From Synechococcus elongatus PCC 6301 (GTDB lineage Bacteria; Cyanobacteriota; Cyanobacteriia; Synechococcales; Synechococcaceae), in NCBI RefSeq assembly GCF_000010065.1, contig NC_006576.1, forward strand, positions 870,001-902,000: a stretch of 32,000 nt of DNA. The letters run 5' to 3'. The notes beneath the pieces are model-generated. The model ran no database searches. It saw only the letters and a program-made list of their open reading frames with translations, and was not told the origin of the DNA. A program made the position numbers and the translations under genes. Below, piece by piece: positions 8,055 through 17,604 of the stretch (position 1 is the stretch's first letter; each line of letters begins with the position of its first letter).

Positions 8055-9475
8055 CGCGAGTTGACTCCTGCGAAGAGGTCAATGACGTAGGTGTTGACCA
8101 GGTGGCTGCGGAACGTGACCCGCTCAGCCGGATAGGGCGGAGTGAACTCGAAGTCGAAGACCACGTTGCCCGAGCTGATGCTGGTCGGGGTGTTTAGCTC
8201 GGGGTCGACCCAGACATCACCGCCGAGGATCGCACCGCGTGCCTTGAGCGATCGCAGGTACTCTCGCACCGACTCGCTCACCTCCTCGAGGTAAGTCGCT
8301 GTGGTGCAGCGATCGACCGCCCAGAGGTGCCCGCGCAGGATCGATTCGTTGATCATGTCCGCCGTGCGGCGAACCGACGGGAAGGCGTACTTGGGATCGA
8401 TGCTCAGCGTGCGGTTGCCCCACAGCCGGAAGCCACCCTCGCGGATGATGGTCGCGATTTTCTGCTCGTTCAGCAGGTTGGCGCGGCTCGTGTAGTCGCC
8501 CAGCGCGAAGTCGATCTGGCGTGCCGTGCCTTCGATGCCCGCGATCTCGTTGTTTGACGGCGACCACCAGAAACCGCGCTCGTTGTCGATCTTGTTGATC
8601 AGGCCAGCCACGCAAGGCGAGGCCGGAGTCTGGTCGCCGTTGCGGAGCACCCATGGGTCGATGACGTAGACGCGATCGCTGCCGAAGTCGTCGTTGAGCT
8701 GAATCGCGGCGCTGTCGGTCGTGTTCGGGCCATCGACAATAATCACAGCCCGCAGCCGGTTTGCGATGCCCAGCAGTTCGCTCACCACGCGGGAGCGAAC
8801 TGCGCCACGATTAGCCGTGCCCGCGACGGCCTGAGTGCCGCCTTCTGGAGGTGCGCCGATCGTTACGGTTGGGCTGGTGATGTAGCCGCTACCGGGGTTG
8901 TCGATAATGATCTCGACGACCTTGCCGGCGTCGCCGCCCGTGCCCAGCACAGCGCGAGCGATCGCCCCAGTTCCGCTGCCACCCGAGATTGTCACAGCTG
9001 GAGCAGTCAGGTAGCCGTCACCTTGTTCAGTGAGCGGGATCGACAAGATGCCGTTGCTGCTGCGCTGATGAGTGTAGCCAGGAGCAATCAGGATGCGAGG
9101 TGCGAAGCCCGCGATGTTCTCAGCGGCGAGGAAGCACTGCACGCCGAGGTAGTTACCAAACTCGTCAGTGCCGCCAATCACGTTAGCGATCGTCTCGGCT
9201 TCGCTCACGCCTTCCTCGACACGGACGAGGATCACGACCGCGCCCGCTTGGTCGTAGATCAGGTCGAGGGCAGTACCCAGCGTGCCGGTCGAGCCGATGC
9301 CCGCCCAGTCGCTACGGCTGGCGATCAGGATTGGAGTGTTCAGTGGGAACTTAACAGGGTCGGCGTCGGGAGCAGTCCCGATCAGACCAATCACCGATGA
9401 GCGCACCGTCTGAATCGGGCGTGCTCCGGTGTCGATCTGCAGAACTTCGACGCCGTGTAAGAAGGTGGTCGTCAT
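8051..9475 (-). CDS. FI: Tail sheath protein (P2 FI family) with a glycine-rich insertion
   Basis: 474 aa; FLHGVEVLQIDTGARPIQTVRSSVIGLIGTAPDAD..., ISTLRGDD-type C-terminal region GARAILGGDVWVDPELNTPTSISSGNVVFDFEFTPPYPAERVTFRSHL. Confidence 0.95.
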   Translation of the reverse strand: MTTTFLHGVEVLQIDTGARPIQTVRSSVIGLIGTAPDADPVKFPLNTPILIASRSDWAGIGSTGTLGTALDLIYDQAGAVVILVRVEEGVSEAETIANVIGGTDEFGNYLGVQCFLAAENIAGFAPRILIAPGYTHQRSSNGILSIPLTEQGDGYLTAPAVTISGGSGTGAIARAVLGTGGDAGKVVEIIIDNPGSGYITSPTVTIGAPPEGGTQAVAGTANRGAVRSRVVSELLGIANRLRAVIIVDGPNTTDSAAIQLNDDFGSDRVYVIDPWVLRNGDQTPASPCVAGLINKIDNERGFWWSPSNNEIAGIEGTARQIDFALGDYTSRANLLNEQKIATIIREGGFRLWGNRTLSIDPKYAFPSVRRTADMINESILRGHLWAVDRCTTATYLEEVSESVREYLRSLKARGAILGGDVWVDPELNTPTSISSGNVVFDFEFTPPYPAERVTFRSHLVNTYVIDLFAGVNSR

Positions 9476-9582
9476 CGGTGGGTTCCGTTCTAGTGGTCAT
9501 TCTAGCCGCACCCAGTTGACCTTATGAAGACCGACAGATTCAAATTAAAAACTGGAGTCCAGAACCTTTGGCAGTTGATTTG

Positions 9583-10089
9583 CTACTGGCCGCGAACTGC
9601 AGCCACGAACTCGGCGGGTAGGTTGCTCAGCTCCGCGATCGCGGCCCAGCCGTCACGGTCTTGGGGTGTCGCGCCGCCGAGCTGACAGACCGCGTTGAAG
9701 ACAAGGGCGAAGGCCGCGACGCCGTTGGTTGAGACCTGAGACAGGGCGGCGGGCAGACCGGCCACAGCGACTACCGCGCCCGCTTGCAGGGCAGCGCCGC
9801 AGATCTGATTGAGCCGCACGTCGGCAAGTAGAACTGCGTTGAATGCGTCCCAGTCAGCTTGGGGTAGCGGCTCAGTGTCTGGCTCAGTGTCTGGCTCGGG
9901 CTGGGGGATTGCCTCGACTCGCCAGTCTGTTTCCTCCCAGATAGCCCGCTCGTCATTGCTGAGGGCGGGAGGTGCGATCGTGGTCGCGAAAGCTGGAATC
10001 AGGAACGCGCCGTGCTCCAGCGGCGACGGGTCGGCGGGAGTAACGTCGACGAAGATCCGGGTCTGTGGGTCGTAATGGTAGACGAGCAT
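9583..10089 (-). CDS. Tail fibre assembly chaperone-like protein
   Basis: 168 aa directly downstream of the collar fibre; YHYDPQTRIFVDVTPADPSP...FLIPAFATTIAPP...ETDWRV pattern. Confidence 0.65.
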   Translation of the reverse strand: MLVYHYDPQTRIFVDVTPADPSPLEHGAFLIPAFATTIAPPALSNDERAIWEETDWRVEAIPQPEPDTEPDTEPLPQADWDAFNAVLLADVRLNQICGAALQAGAVVAVAGLPAALSQVSTNGVAAFALVFNAVCQLGGATPQDRDGWAAIAELSNLPAEFVAAVRGQ

Positions 10090-10092
10090 GGC

Positions 10093-11256
10093 TTAGAACT
10101 TGATGCAGGCCAGATAAGCGATGTTGCGCGGGCGGGTTTCGGTGCCGCCAACGCTGCTCGTGGTGACGGCTGTTCCTGTCGTGTAGGTGGTGGCCGCAGT
10201 ACCGCCTCCAGTCGGGGCAGTCCGCGTATCAAGGTAGTGAGCGTGAGCCTTCAGCTCATCGGCCTGCGTCGAGCCGATAGCGCGGCCAGTATCGACCGAG
10301 CGGCCATCAGCCCAGCCCCGGATAAACTCGCCGCGAAGGTCTGGGACGCGGAAGGTCGTCGAGCCGTCGCCAGTGCTGTAGGAGCCGGTCGCGCCACCCG
10401 TCCAAGCCGCGTCGCTTACGATGTTGCCGCTGGCTTGGGCATAGGCCCAGAGCCTCGCGTAGGTGGTTCGGCTCAGCAGCGCACCGTTCGCCTTGATGTA
10501 GCCGGCTGGCGGGGTGTTGCCCGTCACCCAGATTGCGACGCCTGCGGGGACGGCAAGCGCTGCGATCGCCTGAGCGACACGCTCGCTGGTCATCAGCTTG
10601 TCCGGCGCGGTGCCACCTTCGGCCTGGGCTTGGCTGGCGATCGCGGACGAGTTGACCTTGGCGAACGTGACCGCGCCGTCGCGGAGCTTGACCGTGGTTA
10701 CGGTGTCGTCGCCCGGCGCGTTGGTGTTGCCCGCAGTACCGAGGATCAGCACGCGCACCCGCGCGCCCGTGGCGGGCGCTTCGGAGAGCGTCAGCGTCGG
10801 CCCATCCATCGACAAGCTGTATTCGCTAGTCGGCTGCACGACGCCATCGACCGTCACGAGGATAGACGAGGGCGAAGCGGCCACAGCCGTCAGGGTGTAG
10901 CTGGTCTGCGCCACGCCTGCCGTAAACACGTTCTCAGTCTGCGTGGTGCCCTGGACGTAGCGGGCATCACTCTCGGCCTTGGTGTAACGGTTCGCTAGCG
11001 CCGTCGTGACCGTCGCAGCGAAGCTGGGATCATCACCGAGCGCAGCGGCCAGTTCGTTAAGCGTGTCGAGGGCACCCGGCGCGCCATCCAGCACGGAGTC
11101 GATCAATGCCTCGACGGCGGCGAGCGTCGGGCGAGCGGCCACGTCTGCGTCGATCGCGTCAAGCGCAGCCCGCAGCCGCAGTACGTCCTCGGCGAGCTGG
11201 TTGTCCGGCGAGGGCTTCTGGTAGTTCTGGTTCGTTGTCCGGTCGTCGGTTGCCAT
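10093..11256 (-). CDS. Tail fibre protein with tail collar domain
   Basis: 387 aa; GAPGALDTLNELAAALGDDPSFAATVTTALANRY and collar motif PPAGYIKANGALLSRTTYARLWAYAQ...TFRVPDLRGEFIRGWADG. Confidence 0.93.
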   Translation of the reverse strand: MATDDRTTNQNYQKPSPDNQLAEDVLRLRAALDAIDADVAARPTLAAVEALIDSVLDGAPGALDTLNELAAALGDDPSFAATVTTALANRYTKAESDARYVQGTTQTENVFTAGVAQTSYTLTAVAASPSSILVTVDGVVQPTSEYSLSMDGPTLTLSEAPATGARVRVLILGTAGNTNAPGDDTVTTVKLRDGAVTFAKVNSSAIASQAQAEGGTAPDKLMTSERVAQAIAALAVPAGVAIWVTGNTPPAGYIKANGALLSRTTYARLWAYAQASGNIVSDAAWTGGATGSYSTGDGSTTFRVPDLRGEFIRGWADGRSVDTGRAIGSTQADELKAHAHYLDTRTAPTGGGTAATTYTTGTAVTTSSVGGTETRPRNIAYLACIKF

Positions 11257-11260
11257 GCGG

Positions 11261-12712
11261 TTAGATCGTCACGACGCGAAGCTGGCGGATACGCGGCCGT
11301 GCCGCAGCGGTACCCGAGAGCGTGAGGCGCACGCGGGTCGTGGTGCCGGAAGCCGTGAACGGGTTGAGTGTGTAGGTCAGCTCGGCCCACTGATCATCGA
11401 GCGGCGTGCTGCTGGTCAGCGTCACCGCTTGCCATGAGCCGTCGCCCTTCTGGAACTCGACCGTCACGCCGGAACCGCTGGGCAGGAACGCCTCAAAGGT
11501 GGCGCTAACACGCGCGCCCGAAGCGCTCGGGAACGCTCGCGAGACGTAGTTCGCGCTGACTGCCTGCCGCCCAAAAATGGCCTGTGAGCCAGCGAACAGG
11601 GTCGGCGACTGCGTGGGGTTGCCGCGCAGGATGGCCGACAGCGTGACCGGATCGTTCAGATTCTCAGCAAGCTGGATCGGTACGTTGTCCGAGCCTCGGA
11701 TCTGCGACCCATCCGGGCGCGTGTAGATGAACTCGACGTCGGTGTCGCTGTTCACGCGATCGACGCCGGCCAGAGTGATGAGGTCAGTATTGTCGCCGCG
11801 CAGAACGCGGATTGTGCCCGTCGCTGGCGTGACGGGAGCGCCCACGATCGTGTACGTGAACTGATCGCCCGTGACGCCAGTCACCGTAAAAGAGCCGTTG
11901 TATTCGGTCTGCCCAGCTCCATAGACGATCGCCTTGTCGCCGACCTGCAGACCGTGACCGGGCGCGTTGACCGTGACGGTCGTACCCGATCGGGTGACGC
12001 TGATCGCCTGCGCTTGGTAGATCTGGCCGAGGTTGACCGTGCGGCTGTTGCTGCTGAACGCCGCGCCGTAGAGCCGGAAGGTTAGGTCGGCCTCTTGGAA
12101 GGGAGTCCAGGTGCTCGCGTTCGAAGACTTGAGCAGCGTGCCCACCGTGTAGGGCTGCGACGTGACCCAGCCGTTCACGGGGTCGAACTTGCCTAGCTCG
12201 GCGATCGCGACCGCGTGAATCGGATCGTCAGTCAGGATGACGATTGCATATTCAACTTCAGGCTGCAGGTAGACAGGACTCTGGAAGGTGCATCGCGTCC
12301 AGCCGGTCAGGTTGATATCCGCCCCCCGGATCAGGCCGTTCATGATCGTGACATCGTTTGGGATCCCGACTTCGGTTTCGCGGATCTCGACGATGACGTT
12401 ATTCGATACGGAGCCTCGTGCTTTGAACTGGAGATCGATGCCGGTGATATGGCGTCCTTGCTCCAGCCGGAAGGTCTGCGCTAGCGGATCAGCCCGTACC
12501 TCCACGATCGAGTTAATGGTCGTAACAGTGCGGGTGATCGTGTTCACCTGCCGCTGAGTTCGCGTCAGGATCTGCCCCTCACCGATGAAACGGGCGGCGG
12601 CTGTAGAGGCCACGCTACCTCGAAACGACACCCGCTTGGTCCCAGTTGGCACGTTAGCCGGAATCGTGAAGGAGCCGGTGATCTGACCGTTGGAGTCGGC
12701 TGTTAAGGGCAT
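11261..12712 (-). CDS. Phage structural/tail protein, continuation of the DUF4815-type module
   Basis: 483 aa; FTIPANVPTGTKRVSFRG...DPLAQTFRLEQGRHITGIDLQFKARG; same reading frame as the upstream 671-aa ORF, separated only by TAA GCT. Confidence 0.8.
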   Translation of the reverse strand: MPLTADSNGQITGSFTIPANVPTGTKRVSFRGSVASTAAARFIGEGQILTRTQRQVNTITRTVTTINSIVEVRADPLAQTFRLEQGRHITGIDLQFKARGSVSNNVIVEIRETEVGIPNDVTIMNGLIRGADINLTGWTRCTFQSPVYLQPEVEYAIVILTDDPIHAVAIAELGKFDPVNGWVTSQPYTVGTLLKSSNASTWTPFQEADLTFRLYGAAFSSNSRTVNLGQIYQAQAISVTRSGTTVTVNAPGHGLQVGDKAIVYGAGQTEYNGSFTVTGVTGDQFTYTIVGAPVTPATGTIRVLRGDNTDLITLAGVDRVNSDTDVEFIYTRPDGSQIRGSDNVPIQLAENLNDPVTLSAILRGNPTQSPTLFAGSQAIFGRQAVSANYVSRAFPSASGARVSATFEAFLPSGSGVTVEFQKGDGSWQAVTLTSSTPLDDQWAELTYTLNPFTASGTTTRVRLTLSGTAAARPRIRQLRVVTI

Positions 12713-12715
12713 AGC

Positions 12716-14731
12716 TTAGGGGGGTGTCAGGTTGATGCCATCGAACAGCAGCTCGACTAGCTGCTCGCCAGGGCCAAAGCCCTCGATTGTGAATTGGACC
12801 GTAATCGGCCGCAGAAACCGAGCCGACTGCTCCGTGGACCGCAGCAGCTCAGTTCTAGTTTGAATCTGCTGTGTTTCCCGCGTGGTGGTACTCAGAACAT
12901 CGCCTACCGCAACGCCTTGCTGTCGGATCTCGCGGGGCGACAGGCGTATTCCCTCGTTCCGTGTTCTGTTAATCCGAATCTCTCGAGTGACAGCGGACTC
13001 CCAGACCGTATCGATAACCGTCCAGCGATCGACGGCGGGGTTCAGAGAGGCGATCGCTGGCAGGGGGTCAAAGCTCGCGTATGGGTTGATCTTCTCCTGT
13101 CCCGTCGAGCCAAGCTGCTGAAGGACGATCACCTCGGTATAGGGGAGCAGCCAGTCCTGATCATTGTTGTCGCGAACAAGCTGAACTACAGGGGCAATGG
13201 GTAGCAGCAGCTCCCCGTCGACGATTGCCGCCGTCTGGGTGATGCCCTGATCGCGAAGGTCGTCGTCCAGGAACGGATCGACGAAGACACCGCGCTTCGC
13301 GCTGGGTTCGCGCGAACTGATATCGTTCTTCAGTCGCTCCTCGGCCACGAGGTCAAAGAGGTCGACAATCAGCGATCGCATCCGCTCTAGCTGATCAAAC
13401 GGGATAGCGCGGATCCCGTCGTTTGAAGTCACAGGGGTAAGTCCCCACCGCTGCGTCACGGTAGCAAGCAGCAGCAGCGAGCTAGGCACTTGAGGCGGCA
13501 GCACCTCGAAGCGGCTTGGGATGCCCTTCAGCCGGATGAACTGCCCCGTTCGATCCATGCAGATCCGATCGATGCGCGGCACTTTCCAGTTGTAGTTCGT
13601 CAGGACAAGCGTGCCGTTCACCGCGCCCGTCACGGTGAAGCTACCCGCCTGCAGATCCACCGCGCTCGGCGTGACTGGGCCAAGGTAGCGATAGGTGACG
13701 GTGTAGGTTGAACCCGGCGCTGGCTCCGCGCCTGCGGGCGACCAGTTCACGCGATCGCCGTCGAGGAAGTAGTCAGTCGTCGGGGTGTAGGTCGTGCCGC
13801 CCTGCGTCACCGACTGGATCGAAAGCACCGACACGTCGGGCAGCGTGTCGATCGCCCCCGTAAAAGCGCCGTGGGTGATGTTGACCGTCTTCTCTCGCGT
13901 GATCGTGACCGAGCTGATCTCGTTCACGGGGAAGCGGTTAAGCTGAATCGTCGCGCTGCCGCCCGTGGCCCCGGTGAACGTGTCCGGCTCACTGAGTACG
14001 GTTTCGAGGTCTGGATCCTCGGCATAAACCAGTCGGGTCGAGGTCGTCTTGTCGACCTTGTAGCCGAAGATGTTGCCGGTGCCCTGCTTGACGTTGAACG
14101 AGTTGCTGCCACCGGACAGGCCCAGCGCCGACACCTCCAGCCCTGTGACGATATAATTGCCGTTTGACTCGCGATCGTAGCGAGCCAGAAGGTCAAGGAA
14201 CGGGTCGCCTACCGGCCCCGCGTTCTGGTCGATCAGGCCACCGTTGACGATCGTGTAAACGGGATAGAACTCACCCGGCTGCCCAGGCTCGTCCTCGTAG
14301 CCCCAAGTGGCTGTCCACTTGAGTCGCGCCGCGCCAGGCTCGCCATAGTTGCGCGTCCCGACCGCTGGATCGTAGAGGCCCGGATCCTCGATCTCGGTGA
14401 TCTCTTCCTCAAGCAGGAACACACCCACTCGGACGATGCCTACGGTCGCGATCGTGAAGCTGCGCTCTGCAACGTCGCGGACGTTTGCCTTCAGATAGAT
14501 CGAGCTTGCTGGACAGGTGATCGCGCCCGTATCGAAGGTGATGACCGGCGCGGTGCCACGCAGGACAGCGCCGTCCTTAAACACGCTGTCAGCGATGCGC
14601 TGCAGCCGATAGAGAAACGTCTTTTGAGCCTCGTTCAGCTCGGCTGACTGTAGACCCTTCCCTGCACGAAACAGCAGCTCGTCGTAGCGATCGGCTGGGT
14701 CAAATCGGTTGTAGTAGTCGGTGAAGGGCAT
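12716..14731 (-). CDS. DUF4815-family phage structural protein
   Basis: 671 aa; MPFTDYYNRFDPADRYDELLFRAGKGLQSAELNEAQKTFLYRLQRIADSVFKDG. Confidence 0.85.
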   Translation of the reverse strand: MPFTDYYNRFDPADRYDELLFRAGKGLQSAELNEAQKTFLYRLQRIADSVFKDGAVLRGTAPVITFDTGAITCPASSIYLKANVRDVAERSFTIATVGIVRVGVFLLEEEITEIEDPGLYDPAVGTRNYGEPGAARLKWTATWGYEDEPGQPGEFYPVYTIVNGGLIDQNAGPVGDPFLDLLARYDRESNGNYIVTGLEVSALGLSGGSNSFNVKQGTGNIFGYKVDKTTSTRLVYAEDPDLETVLSEPDTFTGATGGSATIQLNRFPVNEISSVTITREKTVNITHGAFTGAIDTLPDVSVLSIQSVTQGGTTYTPTTDYFLDGDRVNWSPAGAEPAPGSTYTVTYRYLGPVTPSAVDLQAGSFTVTGAVNGTLVLTNYNWKVPRIDRICMDRTGQFIRLKGIPSRFEVLPPQVPSSLLLLATVTQRWGLTPVTSNDGIRAIPFDQLERMRSLIVDLFDLVAEERLKNDISSREPSAKRGVFVDPFLDDDLRDQGITQTAAIVDGELLLPIAPVVQLVRDNNDQDWLLPYTEVIVLQQLGSTGQEKINPYASFDPLPAIASLNPAVDRWTVIDTVWESAVTREIRINRTRNEGIRLSPREIRQQGVAVGDVLSTTTRETQQIQTRTELLRSTEQSARFLRPITVQFTIEGFGPGEQLVELLFDGINLTPP

Positions 14732-14734
14732 GGC

Positions 14735-15220
14735 CTAGAACGTCACGACGAATTGGAACCGCTGCCGGGTCGTCAGGGCGCGGGTGATTGGAGAGATGCG
14801 CTGGATGACGAGCAGCGTGCCGGGGTCGTCGACCTCGCTCGGCTCTAGGTAGTTCTTGCCCAAGGGGACGGACTCGCCCGCTACGGTGTCGAGAAAGATA
14901 GCAACCTCGCGGATCACCTCGCCCACGCCGTCCTCGAACTGAAAGAAAAAGTCGAAGCAGACCGAGTTGGTCGGTGTTGGGGAAAGGCTGAACCGCCCCT
15001 CCGGTACTGCGATGTCGCCGTCCGGATCCGGAACTACAAAGTCAACGCTCGTCGCCTTGCGCCGTCCCACTTCAGCAAGTAGATCCGACGCGCTGCTAGG
15101 AGGCGCCGGGGGCGTTATGCCCCAGCTTGGATCGCCGTTGCCCCAGGCGAGGTGGGCCGTCCGCTGCTGAATTGCGATCGCGATCGCCACCCGTCCGCTA
15201 GTCGTGAGGATTGCGGCCAT
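14735..15220 (-). CDS. Hypothetical phage tail/fibre region protein
   Basis: 161-aa ORF in the tight operon, 3 nt from the DUF4815 gene; no confident family. Confidence 0.65.
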   Translation of the reverse strand: MAAILTTSGRVAIAIAIQQRTAHLAWGNGDPSWGITPPAPPSSASDLLAEVGRRKATSVDFVVPDPDGDIAVPEGRFSLSPTPTNSVCFDFFFQFEDGVGEVIREVAIFLDTVAGESVPLGKNYLEPSEVDDPGTLLVIQRISPITRALTTRQRFQFVVTF

Positions 15221-15318
15221 TCACCCGTTCCGAACTGCCGTCATTCTATCTTTGCCAACTGCAGTTCGACTAGGAGCCTATTTGATTTATCAAGCTTTGC
15301 ACCCTAGGGCGAAAGGTA

Positions 15319-16158
15319 CTAACTGGTTAGTGTACTGACTTGTGTTGAGACGACGGTCTCAACACTCCCCCAAGTTTCACTGACCCAACCGAACGGTCCC
15401 CAAGTTTGGCCGCTATACGTTACCGACTCAACATTCTCCTCACTCATCAGCAGCGGGTAGTTCAAGACGTGCCACTCTTCGTCAAGCCGCCCCTCGCTGA
15501 GCAAGAAGCGATCGAGCTTAGTCACTTGTGCGGGGGAGTAGTCGATCAGCACGCTGGCGATCGGCTCGGGGGCAGCGTCAATTGTTTTGCCGCGAAAGTC
15601 ACCGAAGCTGATCTGGGGCCAGTCGGGGCGGGGTCGCGTACCCGAGTGGTCGGACAAGATCCCGCCGTCAGACAGACCGCTCTCGTCCAATACGAAGCGC
15701 CGGAAGTCGTAGACAGCGAAGATGCGCTGCAGCCGCGATCGCACGGGCGATGCGATGCGGGCAATGCCGACGATCCGGTCGATTGTGTCCGCGTCGACGG
15801 CAGCGTCAAGACCGATCATGAACTCAGCCCAGCGCCGCGTTCCTCGCTCCGACTCCTCGACAAAACCCTCCACATCGACCCACGTCAGGCCGATGCGGAT
15901 ACTCGCAGGTGTGCCCCTGATCCGCTGCCACAGCACACCCTCAGAGACAAGCCGCCGCTGATTCGTGATGTAGGGCAGCAGCTCGCCCAGCCCATACTCA
16001 TAAACCAGCCATGGGATTACGCCGTCAGGAATGTTGACCCGCTTCGCGATGCGGATGATCGGCACCGGTCGGGCGATGCGGTCGAGCGTCGACGTTGCTC
16101 GCGACAGGTTGCGCTCAAGCGGCGTTGCGTTCGGTGGCAGAAGATCGTAGCGGCTCAT
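15319..16158 (-). CDS. I: Tail protein I (P2 gpI family)
   Basis: 279 aa; MSRYDLLPPNATPLERNLSRATSTLDRIARPVPIIRI...LLPYITNQRRLVSEGVLWQRIRGTPASIRIGLTWV; downstream of J. Confidence 0.88.
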   Translation of the reverse strand: MSRYDLLPPNATPLERNLSRATSTLDRIARPVPIIRIAKRVNIPDGVIPWLVYEYGLGELLPYITNQRRLVSEGVLWQRIRGTPASIRIGLTWVDVEGFVEESERGTRRWAEFMIGLDAAVDADTIDRIVGIARIASPVRSRLQRIFAVYDFRRFVLDESGLSDGGILSDHSGTRPRPDWPQISFGDFRGKTIDAAPEPIASVLIDYSPAQVTKLDRFLLSEGRLDEEWHVLNYPLLMSEENVESVTYSGQTWGPFGWVSETWGSVETVVSTQVSTLTS

Positions 16159-16994
16159 CGGTCACGGCCTGCCAGCGTCACCGTGACGGTACCCAGCGCC
16201 GGCGCGGTGCTTGGCCCACAGACGATCGTGGCTGCTGGGCTGAGCAAATCAACCCGCTGGACACCGGGCGCGTGAAGCTTCGAGATCAGCCAGCTCGTCG
16301 TGATGTCGAAACCCAAGCCACCCTCAGAGGTGAAGGCCGCTTCGAGCACATCGGGAAGCGTGTCGACGACGGTGCTCGGTGCCTCGGGTAAGAGCCAGAT
16401 AGATGCGGTGACGTTCACCGTCGCGATCGTGGCGGGAACCACGGTCACTGCGTCCGTTACAACTCGCACGTCGTCGGCCAGCACGACTGACTCGACGGCT
16501 TCGATTAGCCCGGGAGAGGCAAGGCCATCAGGCTCGGTAGACAGAATGCTGATTAACACCTCGCCGGGAGCAGGGCTGCTCACAGCCGCGTCCTTCACCC
16601 GTGGGTCAGCCGTCAGCGCTTGATAGCGGTACCAGGCCGCACCGCCTGCGGTCGAGCTGCCCTTGATCCGCTCGATGGTGCGATCGCGAAGCTCGCCATC
16701 CGGCTCATTCGGCTGCCGCACCACGCCGTAGAACGCGGCAAGGTTGTCGAGGTCGGGGCCGTTTGAGTAGCGAAGCAGTGTCGCAAGAAGTGCGTCGTTG
16801 ATCCGCTGACGCAGGATCAGCTCGCGGGCTGCGCAGACCTCCAGCAGCTTGATGACCGGGTCGGATTCGAGGATGGCGGTGTAGCTGGCGTCACGCGATC
16901 GCAGGTCGTCGATCAAGTCCTGCAGGATCAGTTCAAAGTCCAGCGCTTCGATGATGGTGGGCGCGGGAATCGTAGCAAAGTCAAGAACGGTCAT
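16155..16994 (-). CDS. J: Baseplate assembly protein J
   Basis: 279 aa; SDPVIKLLEVCAARELILRQRINDALLATLLRYSNGPDLDNLAAFYGVVR motif of gpJ. Confidence 0.95.
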   Translation of the reverse strand: MTVLDFATIPAPTIIEALDFELILQDLIDDLRSRDASYTAILESDPVIKLLEVCAARELILRQRINDALLATLLRYSNGPDLDNLAAFYGVVRQPNEPDGELRDRTIERIKGSSTAGGAAWYRYQALTADPRVKDAAVSSPAPGEVLISILSTEPDGLASPGLIEAVESVVLADDVRVVTDAVTVVPATIATVNVTASIWLLPEAPSTVVDTLPDVLEAAFTSEGGLGFDITTSWLISKLHAPGVQRVDLLSPAATIVCGPSTAPALGTVTVTLAGRDR

Positions 16995-17335
16995 GAGACG
17001 ACTAAGCCCTCCAGCGTGATACGCCTGCCCTCGGGGATGTAGTAGCCGATCAGGTTCAGCTCGACTTGACCAGCTGCGCTGGCTGAGACGATGCGAACCT
17101 TCTCCAGCTTCAGCCGTGGCTCCCAGCGATCGAGCGCTTCAGCTGTGGCCGCCACCAGGTCAACGATGAGGGACTGGTTGATCGGTCGGTCGACAAGCCG
17201 GGGCAGACGTGAGCCGTAGTCCCGTCGCCAGACGCGGGTGCCCACGGGCGTCGTCAGGATGTCCGTAATTGACTGCCGGAGGTGGTCAATGCCCTTCAGC
17301 TCCTTGCCACTGTCACGGCTCATGCCTCGGGTCAT
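16991..17335 (-). CDS. W: Baseplate wedge protein, gp25/gpW family
   Basis: 114 aa; HLRQSITDILTTPVGTRVWRRDYGSRLPRLVDRPINQSLIVDLVAATAEALDRWEPRLKLEKV. Confidence 0.95.
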   Translation of the reverse strand: MTRGMSRDSGKELKGIDHLRQSITDILTTPVGTRVWRRDYGSRLPRLVDRPINQSLIVDLVAATAEALDRWEPRLKLEKVRIVSASAAGQVELNLIGYYIPEGRRITLEGLVVS

Positions 17336-17604
17336 TAGTCGCCCGCTCCGGTATCTTCACTGGCTTCGATGATTGCCGCCCCGCAGCTGCAGAGGTCACC
17401 GATCCGAGCAGTCGGCCTCTGGTTGGTAAAGACCGTGCGACTGCCGGTGATGATCGTGTTCAAGCCATGCAGGGGGCAGGCGTGAAGGTCATCCTTTCGG
17501 GCCACGGGGCGGCTGTTGACGAAGGTGTCGTCGCTCCCGGTGATGATGATCCCGCCGTGATCGGTCACGTCGTTTAGTCGAGCGATGCCTGGCGTCGTAG
17601 TCAC
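17335..17604 (-). CDS. PAAR-domain spike tip protein
   Basis: 89 aa; GIARLNDVTDHGGIIITGSDDTFVNSRPVARKDDLHACPLHGLNTIITGSRTVFTNQRPTARIGDLCSCGA. Confidence 0.95.
   Translation of the reverse strand: MTTTPGIARLNDVTDHGGIIITGSDDTFVNSRPVARKDDLHACPLHGLNTIITGSRTVFTNQRPTARIGDLCSCGAAIIEASEDTGAGD

Noticed and set aside
10012-10998. 328-aa plus-strand ORF (and 15406..16275, 5335..6120, 898..1704 plus-strand ORFs)
   Set aside because: All lie antisense to strongly supported minus-strand phage genes, have low-complexity Arg/Ala/Ser-rich composition and no recognisable family; these are typical shadow ORFs of GC-rich coding DNA.
12700-12722. C6 homopolymer (ACA CCC CCC TAA) as a frameshift site at the DUF4815 split
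   Set aside because: The two ORFs are already in the same reading frame, so a frameshift would not join them; only readthrough or fission fits.
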